Source: a virus. Taken from it: DNA of 28,400 nt. The notes beneath the pieces were generated by a model. The model was not told where the DNA came from. It made no database searches and saw only the letters and a program-made list of their open reading frames with translations. Shown in pieces: positions 22,631 to 28,400 of this stretch (position 1 is the stretch's first letter; each line of letters opens with the position of its first letter). The stretch covers positions 1-28,400 of the IMG/VR virus record IMGVR_UViG_3300024581_000703, one strand, 5' to 3'. Both the position numbers and the translations under genes were made by a program.

Positions 22631-23032
22631 ATGGGCAAGGTGCAAGAAACCCGCAAGTTAGACGCAGTATTAAGCCAGTACGTACGAAAGAGCAACGCAG
22701 ACCATGCAGGGTACGCGTCATGTTTTACGTGTGGCAAGGTCGCCAGGTGGCAGGAACTACAATGCGGTCACTTTCAATGCAGGTCGAAGAGGCGCACGCG
22801 CTGGCTTTACAAACCTGAGGAGGGCATGGTCAATGTATCGCCGCAATGCGCCCGATGTAACATGACCAATGGGGGCCAGCAATACATATTTGGCAAGCGG
22901 TTGGATGAGGTTTACGGTGAGGGTACAGCCGATCGTGTTATTAGGTTGTCGAATGAACCAGCTAACCACACGTTGCACGACCTTATCGAATGGCGCAAAG
23001 AGTTTGAAACGAAGTTCAAGGCATTGGTATGA
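22631..23032 (+). CDS. ninG: NinG-like recombination protein (133 aa)
   Basis: CFTCGK...LQCGHFQCRSKRRTRW...SPQCARCN...GGQQYIFGKRLDEVYGEG matches the lambda NinG family Cys/His pattern. Confidence 0.65.
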   Translation: MGKVQETRKLDAVLSQYVRKSNADHAGYASCFTCGKVARWQELQCGHFQCRSKRRTRWLYKPEEGMVNVSPQCARCNMTNGGQQYIFGKRLDEVYGEGTADRVIRLSNEPANHTLHDLIEWRKEFETKFKALV

Positions 23033-23583
23033 ATTGCGTCCGTGCCTTTTTCGTCACAAACTATAACAAGCTACTAAGGACAGCGAACTATTATGTGGGC
23101 GAAGATTTGGGCGGCGACCTTTTAAATGATTTGTGCCTGCGTTACCTGGAAAACGAACGTGTGGAAAAAATTTGTGCCCGTGGTGAGTTGCTGCAATACA
23201 CGACGCGTGCGATACAAATCTGTTCGTTTAGTACCAGCACCCCATTCTACTATAAATATCGCAAGGACCGCGCCCGTATCGTGCGAGAGTACCCATTGCA
23301 CCTATTGTCTGATACAGCAGAAATAGAGCAAAAGAACCACGAACAGATAGAAAACCAAATTGCGGAAGTGTTTTGTATATTGCAGGAAATCCGTTGGTTG
23401 GATGCAGAGATATTCAAGGCTTATCATTTGCACGACCACAGCATAAGAACATTATCAGATGCCACAGGAATCAGTAAAGCGACAATCTACAAAGCAATCA
23501 AAACCGCGCAAACCTACCTCAAAGAAAATGAGCAGAGGATTAGGGGATACGGTGGAGAAAGTAACCCAGGCCACGGGGATTGA
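23029..23583 (+). CDS. Sigma-70 / ECF-like sigma factor, putative (184 aa)
   Basis: A region-2-like N-terminus (AFFVTNYNKLLRTANYYVGEDLGGDLLNDLCLRYLEN) and a region-4-like HTH (LDAEIFKAYHLHDHSIRTLSDATGISKATIYKAIKTAQTYLKE). Confidence 0.55.
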   Translation: MNCVRAFFVTNYNKLLRTANYYVGEDLGGDLLNDLCLRYLENERVEKICARGELLQYTTRAIQICSFSTSTPFYYKYRKDRARIVREYPLHLLSDTAEIEQKNHEQIENQIAEVFCILQEIRWLDAEIFKAYHLHDHSIRTLSDATGISKATIYKAIKTAQTYLKENEQRIRGYGGESNPGHGD

Positions 23584-23881
23584 CAAAGTGGTAAAGGCCG
23601 TGGTCGGTGAGGACTGTGGGTGTAAGGAGAGAAAGGACCGACTAAACAAAAGGTTCCAGTATTTCAGCCTGTTCAACGATGCAGACAAAAAATTGTGGGA
23701 GGAGGTGTTAGCCCCACAAATGTACGAAGGGGCACATTGGGATGTGGGTACGCAGGGCATTGTACAGGATCTGTACGAACGCACGTTTAGGTTCAGGTTT
23801 AAGAAGACCAAATGCGGTACGTGCGTAATGGAACGAATGGAACATTTAAAGCAAGCATACGAGGCATCATGCGAATCTTAA
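23528..23881 (+). CDS. Hypothetical protein (117 aa from the ATG at 23528)
   Basis: LGDTVEKVTQATGIDKVVKAVVGEDCGCKERKDRLN is a motif I have seen recurrently in phage genomes, with unknown function. The track start at 23459 lies deep inside the sigma gene. Confidence 0.5.
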   Translation: MSRGLGDTVEKVTQATGIDKVVKAVVGEDCGCKERKDRLNKRFQYFSLFNDADKKLWEEVLAPQMYEGAHWDVGTQGIVQDLYERTFRFRFKKTKCGTCVMERMEHLKQAYEASCES

Positions 23882-24231
23882 CCGTCGCCCAATTGGACGG
23901 TTATCAAAGAAGGAAAGACCGTAGCATAAGCCTGCGATTTGTTACGCAGGAAAAGACAAGTAACGAAGTCATGCAAATAGACCAATTGCAGGACACGTAC
24001 GGCATCTTGTATTTTCGTGGTGAGGAGAAACTAAACGACGAAGAGATACAAGAACTGGACCAGGTAGACATTGATTTGTACGATCAGCCAAAGAGCCAAA
24101 GCCAAAGGTTGCGCAATGTGTTGTACAAGGTGTGGGAGCATGAGGGTAAGCAAGGCGATTGGAAGGAATACTATAAGCAACAGACGGAGCGAATCATACA
24201 GCACTACAAAGGCAAGTTGGACAATGAATGA
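23869..24231 (+). CDS. Hypothetical protein (120 aa from the ATG at 23869)
   Basis: In-frame ATG giving a 13-nt overlap with the upstream gene. Charged, helical C-terminus. Confidence 0.5.
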   Translation: MRILTVAQLDGYQRRKDRSISLRFVTQEKTSNEVMQIDQLQDTYGILYFRGEEKLNDEEIQELDQVDIDLYDQPKSQSQRLRNVLYKVWEHEGKQGDWKEYYKQQTERIIQHYKGKLDNE

Positions 24232-24427
24232 AGAACTGAAAAGCGAATGCTGTGGAGCAACCAAAGAGGGGGACAGCGAGTATTGCCCTGCGTGCTATGA
24301 GTGGGCAACATTCGTACCGTTCAATGAATGGCTACTAAACAGACCTGACCCAGCAGTTTACGCATACGCACCAACCCAAACGCAAATTACCCGATGGGTG
24401 GCACGCGTGGCATTGGGTCGCATCTGA
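24224..24427 (+). CDS. Small Cys-rich (zinc-ribbon-like) protein (67 aa from the ATG at 24224)
   Basis: The sequence begins MNEELKSECCGAT...EYCPACYEW. It overlaps the upstream stop by 8 nt. Confidence 0.45.
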   Translation: MNEELKSECCGATKEGDSEYCPACYEWATFVPFNEWLLNRPDPAVYAYAPTQTQITRWVARVALGRI

Positions 24428-24453
24428 CTGTAAACAACAGATAAAATACAGGC

Positions 24454-24750
24454 ATGAGTAAATACGTAAAAGGACAATCAGGGAATCCCAACGGCAGGCC
24501 CAAAGGAGCAGAGAACAAGGTCACCAAGGAGAGCCGCGAACTGTTCAAGGCGATCATGGATGGAGAGGTGCCAAACATCGAGGAGGCCCTGGGCCTGTTG
24601 CGAGAGAACAGCCCTGAGAAATACCTCAAAGCGTTGGCATCTTTGTTCCCGTATTTCATGCCGAAGAAGTTAGAAGCAGAGGTGCAGGTGAACGCAGCAC
24701 CCAAGGAACCGAGTTGGTTTAAAGACGTAGAAGAAAACGAAGATGAATGA
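24454..24750 (+). CDS. Terminase small subunit candidate (98 aa, DUF5681-like N-terminus)
   Basis: KGQSGNPNGRPKGAENKVTKESRELF is the signature often annotated as small terminase. It lies one gene upstream of TerL. Confidence 0.45.
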   Translation: MSKYVKGQSGNPNGRPKGAENKVTKESRELFKAIMDGEVPNIEEALGLLRENSPEKYLKALASLFPYFMPKKLEAEVQVNAAPKEPSWFKDVEENEDE

Positions 24751-25066
24751 TGAACTAAGGGCCTTTCTTGCTGATAACAATTGTTTGTTAGTAGATGGAT
24801 TCGACCACTGTGTAGCCTCACACACGTACTACCCCGTGAAAGCAGTGTACAGTGTGGTTTGCATCTTGGGTACATTGATGCACGAAGGCATGACTGAGGA
24901 ACAAGCGTGGGAGCATTTTACTTACAACATCGTGGGTGCCCGACCCAATGAGGACAACGCACCCGTATTTATGTACGACGTAGAAATGGCACGGGAGTAT
25001 TACCAACAGAAAATGGACGACCTCATTGAAACAACCGAAGACATATTACGACGTAATACAAAGTGA
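24743..25066 (+). CDS. Hypothetical protein (107 aa) between the small-terminase-like gene and TerL
   Basis: ATG ORF overlapping both neighbours. Confidence 0.55.
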   Translation: MNDELRAFLADNNCLLVDGFDHCVASHTYYPVKAVYSVVCILGTLMHEGMTEEQAWEHFTYNIVGARPNEDNAPVFMYDVEMAREYYQQKMDDLIETTEDILRRNTK

Positions 25067-26177
25067 TGCACGCATAGTTTGTTGTCAAGGGGGAACGCGT
25101 TCAGGCAAAACCATGAGCATCTTAACGGTGCTGATTGAATGGTGTTACACGTATCAAAACTGTAACTACACGATTGATGTAATCAGGGCATCATTCCCGT
25201 CTTTGCGTGCGTCGGTGTATAAGGATTTCCTGGGCATACTACACAGGGAGCAGTGGTACGACGAACGCAACCACAACAAGACGGAGAACACGTACAACCT
25301 ATTCGGCAATACGTGGCGATTCATGAGTGCTGACCAGCCACAGAAATTTCGTGGGGTTGCCCGCAATTTTGCGTTTCTCAATGAGGCGAACGAATTGGAT
25401 TTGGAGACGTTCAGGCAGGTCAGTTTTCGATGCACCGACAAGTTGTTCATTGACTTCAACCCTTCCATGGAATACCACTGGCTGTACGATGAGGTCATAC
25501 CCAGGGACGACTGCGATTTCTTTAAGAGTACATACAAGGACAACCCGTACCTGAATGCAGATACAATCGCAGAGATTGAACGACTCAAAGACACGGACGA
25601 AAACTATTGGAGGATATACGGTTTAGGTGAGCGTGGCAAATCCAGGGCTACAATCTTTGAGAGCCACATATACGAGGAGGTCCCCGATCGGGCAAAGGTG
25701 GTAGCGTATGGTTTGGATTGGGGGTTTAGTTCAGACCCAACTGCATTGGTCAAGGTGTATCAGGCAGGCACAGATTTGTATATCGAGGAGTTGATGTACA
25801 CAGGTGGCCTAACCAACCAGGACATAATCGACCGCCTCAGGGATTTAGGGATAGGTAGGCACGACGAAATAGTAGCAGACAACGCAGAGCCTAAGAGCAT
25901 AGAAGAAATACGCAGGGCAGGCTTTAATATTAAGCCGTCTAAGAAAGGTCCTGACAGCATACGCAAGGGTATCGACCTTATGCGGCGGCACAAACTGCAC
26001 ATAAAGGATGACAGCCTAAACGCGCAAAAGGAATTCAGGAACTACAAATGGAAGACGGATAAGGACAACCGCACGCTACCCGTACCCGAAAGTGGGTGGG
26101 ACCATGCCGTTGATGCGGTCCGTTACGTATGCCTCAACAAGCTATTACGCAGAACAGGAACCTATACAATCCAATGA
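25026..26177 (+). CDS. terL: Terminase large subunit (PBSX-type), 383 aa, with a TTG start
   Basis: Walker A CQGGTRSGKT, Walker B / catalytic Glu FAFLNEANEL, and nuclease motifs GLDWGFSSDPTALV, ADNAEPKSIEE and GWDHAVDAVRY. The only conventional (ATG/GTG/TTG) in-frame start upstream of Walker A is TTG at 25026, because the frame opens after the TAG at 24981; an in-frame ATT at 24999 is the only other, non-standard, possibility. Confidence 0.9.
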   Translation: MKQPKTYYDVIQSDARIVCCQGGTRSGKTMSILTVLIEWCYTYQNCNYTIDVIRASFPSLRASVYKDFLGILHREQWYDERNHNKTENTYNLFGNTWRFMSADQPQKFRGVARNFAFLNEANELDLETFRQVSFRCTDKLFIDFNPSMEYHWLYDEVIPRDDCDFFKSTYKDNPYLNADTIAEIERLKDTDENYWRIYGLGERGKSRATIFESHIYEEVPDRAKVVAYGLDWGFSSDPTALVKVYQAGTDLYIEELMYTGGLTNQDIIDRLRDLGIGRHDEIVADNAEPKSIEEIRRAGFNIKPSKKGPDSIRKGIDLMRRHKLHIKDDSLNAQKEFRNYKWKTDKDNRTLPVPESGWDHAVDAVRYVCLNKLLRRTGTYTIQ

Positions 26178-26839
26178 AGATACGACTACCCGAAAGTTGG
26201 AGCGAGATAACCGTGGGCCAGTACAAAAAAATGTGGGCTGCATTCGAGAGGGAGAGCGAAGGCATCGCCGCCGTGCGTAGGTGCATCGAGGTGTTAAGCA
26301 ATTTGAATGAGGGCACCCTGTTACAAGCAGACCACAACGACATCGAAAAGGCCACCACCAAAATTGCGTGGTTGCTAAATGAACCCGATCCCTTTGCTAT
26401 GAAAATGCCATTGAAACAGCGGGTAACCATTGAAGGTAGGACCTATGCATTCATACCTGACTGGACCAAACTAACAGTGGCAGAGTTCGCAGACATGGAA
26501 ACGTACTGCAACAAAGGGTTGTTTGACCACCTGGAAAAAATCATGGCGGTTATGTATCGACCAATTGCAGCAGAGGAATTCGATATGTACGACCTGGAAC
26601 CGTACACAGCCAGCAAGCAAAGGCAAACAGTTATGTTGCAATGCCCCATGGATGTATGCGTTTCGGCAGTGGTTTTTTTTTGCAACATTCAAAAGGCATT
26701 AGCTACCACTACGCAAGCCTATTCAAAGAACCAGGAGACGGGGAAAACGGTAAGGCCCAAACGGTGGCGAAAAAATGGGGGTGGTATCAAATCATTTATA
26801 GGTTGGCCGATGGGGATATTACAAAAATGGAAGCGGTAG
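26174..26839 (+). CDS. 0-frame product (221 aa) of the gene after TerL; tail-assembly-chaperone-like candidate
   Basis: The ATG at 26174 overlaps the TerL stop (ATGA); an alternative ATG is at 26129. Motifs: IRLPESWSEITVGQYKKM and KLTVAEFADMETY. After the T9 tract the 0-frame tail looks non-protein-like (basic, Gly/Trp/Lys-rich). Confidence 0.55.
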   Translation: MKIRLPESWSEITVGQYKKMWAAFERESEGIAAVRRCIEVLSNLNEGTLLQADHNDIEKATTKIAWLLNEPDPFAMKMPLKQRVTIEGRTYAFIPDWTKLTVAEFADMETYCNKGLFDHLEKIMAVMYRPIAAEEFDMYDLEPYTASKQRQTVMLQCPMDVCVSAVVFFCNIQKALATTTQAYSKNQETGKTVRPKRWRKNGGGIKSFIGWPMGILQKWKR

Positions 26840-26919
26840 AATCCATATATATAGATGTAGCCTTAACATTCCTGGCCTATGAAAAGGACGTTGAGATGCA
26901 GGACAAAGTAAAAATCTGA
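26174..26919 (+). CDS. Alternative 248-aa product if reading shifts -1 in the T9 tract (26174-26680 joined to 26680-26919), or the true single ORF if the tract is really T10
   Basis: The -1 frame is open from just upstream of the tract (26641) to TGA at 26917-26919, which overlaps the next gene's ATG (TGATG). The extension LQHSKGISYHYASLFKEPGDGENGKAQTVAKKWGWYQIIYRLADGDITKMEAVESIYIDVALTFLAYEKDVEMQDKVKI looks like a genuine folded sequence. Confidence 0.5.
26674..26680 (+). promoter_or_regulatory. Candidate -1 slippery heptamer T_TTT_TTT inside the T9 tract (26673-26681)
   Basis: The zero-frame codons are gtT TTT TTT tgc. Both tRNA-Phe can re-pair perfectly after a -1 slip. Confidence 0.4.
26843..26851 (+). 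promoter_or_regulatory. Exact CCATATATA copy 68 nt upstream of the 26919 gene, just after the 0-frame stop of the upstream gene
   Basis: ggtagaaTCCATATATAtagatgtag. Confidence 0.35.
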
Positions 26920-27380
26920 TGCACACAATAGTCGACATTAACAACACCTTCGAATCCATAGCGGAGGCACACGAACAACTGCGTAGTTTTCATACAACTG
27001 GACTGGACGAGTTAGACGTGGACAAATTGGACGTGGATAAATACCCTTTGCTGTATGCGCAGGTCACTAATGCGGAGTTGGCAGACGGGTATACAACGCT
27101 AACCTATGAGGTATTGGTGGGCGATTTGGTTATTGAAAAGCAGCACCCCAATCTGACAGAGGTATACAGCGAAACGTTCTTAATCATGCAGGACGTGGCG
27201 GCCCAATTTTGGTTTAACGTATCAACAGCAGGGGACCAGGTAGACAGCAATTTGTCCTTTGAGTTGCCGATCGTGTGCCAACCATTTACAGCACGGTTCA
27301 ACAACCTGCTAACAGGGTGGTCATGTTCGTTTGATGTGCGGCTGCCCAATGCATTAAACCTTTGTCATGCCCCTTACTGA
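26919..27380 (+). CDS. Hypothetical virion/neck-module protein (153 aa)
   Basis: ATG ORF coupled to the -1 frame stop of the upstream gene. It contains a tandem LDVDK-LDVDK. Confidence 0.55.
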   Translation: MHTIVDINNTFESIAEAHEQLRSFHTTGLDELDVDKLDVDKYPLLYAQVTNAELADGYTTLTYEVLVGDLVIEKQHPNLTEVYSETFLIMQDVAAQFWFNVSTAGDQVDSNLSFELPIVCQPFTARFNNLLTGWSCSFDVRLPNALNLCHAPY

Positions 27381-27984
27381 GCCGCTAACCATTCAGATTC
27401 GGTTGGATGGTGAGACGTTGCCGCTGAAGTTTAAACGCCTGGCTGCCGTCCTGCCCAAGATGGGCAACCTGGTTCTTAAGGATGCACGCAAAATTTTGAA
27501 AGAGCAGGACAAGGTGGTAAGCGGGGACCTATACAACAGCCTGAGGTACGACATTGCCACAAACAAAGAGACCATGCAACTGACCTTTGATGCGGGCGTG
27601 CCTTATTGGGACTTCGTAAACCAGGGGGTAAGGGGTGCCAAATCCTCAGCTAAGGCACCAAACAGTCCGTACCAATTCGGCACAGGCAGTTACACAGGCA
27701 CCCAAACTTTACGCGGCGGCATTGATAAGTGGGTAATACGTAAACCCGTGGCAGGTGTACGCGACCAAAAGACAGGCCGTTTCATTCCGCGTAAACAGTT
27801 GGTCCGTTGGATTTCCAGCATCGTATGGAACACGGGTATCAAACCTTCGAACTACTACACGCTGGCAATTGACAATGGGTGGAAGAGGTACAAGAAACGA
27901 ATAGGGGTAGCAATCGGAATGGACGTAAACGATTTCGTGTCTGAGAACTTTTCGGGCACCTTCACAATAGACATAACATTGTAA
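27367..27984 (+). CDS. HK97 gp10-like neck / tail-completion protein, putative (205 aa)
   Basis: VSGDLYNSLRYDI...GVPYWDFVNQGVRG resembles the gp10-family pattern (tG-L-r-SI ... Y-vE-G). This is a recollection-level match. Confidence 0.4.
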   Translation: MPLTEPLTIQIRLDGETLPLKFKRLAAVLPKMGNLVLKDARKILKEQDKVVSGDLYNSLRYDIATNKETMQLTFDAGVPYWDFVNQGVRGAKSSAKAPNSPYQFGTGSYTGTQTLRGGIDKWVIRKPVAGVRDQKTGRFIPRKQLVRWISSIVWNTGIKPSNYYTLAIDNGWKRYKKRIGVAIGMDVNDFVSENFSGTFTIDITL

Positions 27985-28400
27985 TGGCATACACAGTTAA
28001 CCAAAGTACAACAGGGGTTCAGGGAGTAGGGGACCAGTTAATATACGTGGTCCAGGATACGACGAACGTAACCGAACCAAAGTACCGTTACGTATGCCAG
28101 GTTACCATTGACGGAACGGCGGTTATCAAACTTAAGCAGTTGCCCAATAACAATAATGCAGCCGTGTTCGATGTGCAGAGCATAGCCCAGGCATACGTTA
28201 AGCAGGACGAGAACCCTTACCAATTAGGGTTCCTCAACCTGGACCAACAGTTATCCCTGACTACTATCTACGCACGCAACACCAACGCATTAAAGACGGT
28301 AACCCTACGGTTTGGATACGAGTACGCAGCCACTGTAAACGACCCACCCACGGAGACCTTGCTGGCCGCTACTGATACAGAGGTGGTGGTGGTCAATGGC
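27984..28400 (+). CDS. 5' part of a 460-aa virion (tail/baseplate-region) structural protein that wraps the junction (27984-28301 joined to 1-1065)
   Basis: ATG at 27984 overlaps the upstream stop (TAATG). The frame is open to the window end (MAYTVNQSTTGVQGVGDQLIYVVQD...) and in frame with base 1 after removing the 99-bp repeat. It was not in the ORF track because no stop falls inside the window end. Confidence 0.7.
   Translation, partial: MAYTVNQSTTGVQGVGDQLIYVVQDTTNVTEPKYRYVCQVTIDGTAVIKLKQLPNNNNAAVFDVQSIAQAYVKQDENPYQLGFLNLDQQLSLTTIYARNTNALKTVTLRFGYEYAATVNDPPTETLLAATDTEVVVVNG
28302..28400. repeat. Right copy of the 99-bp exact terminal direct repeat
   Basis: Identical to 1-99 on base-by-base reading. 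Confidence 0.95.

Larger units (their letters stand above)
1..28301 (+). mobile_element. Complete tailed dsDNA phage genome (circular assembly unit or terminally redundant), unit length 28,301 bp, with all credible genes on the + strand
   Basis: Bases 1-99 are identical to 28302-28400. An ORF starting at 27984 runs off the window end and continues in frame from base 1 to the stop at 1065. Terminase, portal, capsid, tail, lysis and replication genes are all present. Confidence 0.85.

Noticed and set aside
24387-24875. 162-aa minus-strand ORF spanning two + strand genes
   Set aside because: It crosses a + strand gene boundary and the intergenic region and has no recognisable motif. The + strand genes are well supported (DUF5681-like signature, coupling).
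1-28400. CRISPR arrays, tRNA/tmRNA genes, integrase/excisionase, att sites, toxin-antitoxin pairs
   Set aside because: No spaced direct-repeat array was seen. No non-coding gap is longer than about 156 nt, and the gaps do not fold as cloverleaves by eye. No tyrosine or serine recombinase motifs were seen. A tRNAscan or Infernal run would be needed to fully exclude small RNAs.

Overview
The window is one complete tailed dsDNA phage genome. The unit length is 28,301 bp: bases 1-99 recur exactly at 28302-28400, and one gene wraps that junction. All roughly 48 credible genes are on the + strand and tightly packed, often with ATGA or TAATG stop/start overlaps and with almost no Shine-Dalgarno-like sequences, which hints at a Bacteroidota-type host. 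Recognisable modules are: an early/replication region (19268-24427) with a DUF3846-like protein, an SSB-tail protein, an HTH protein, a replisome organizer, NinG-like and sigma-factor-like proteins; packaging genes (small-terminase-like 24454, TerL 25026); tail, neck and tape-measure genes (26174 through the junction to 6170); head genes (XkdF-like protease, scaffold-like, major capsid, tube-like, portal); tail fibre plus an RCC1-like protein; and a lysis cassette with an amidase. No integrase, tRNA, CRISPR array or reverse transcriptase was seen. The most interesting items are: (1) a seven-gene island of strongly acidic small proteins, one clearly ArdA-like, wedged between the prohead protease and scaffold genes; (2) a T9 tract where the reading frame switches in the gene after TerL, either a -1 frameshift or a homopolymer error; (3) an A11 tract exactly at the junction of a portal/MuF-like fusion, with stops in both alternative frames; (4) a recurring CCATATATA-type motif in front of late operons, together with a phage sigma-factor-like gene. 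All homology statements come from motif recognition by eye, not from searches.
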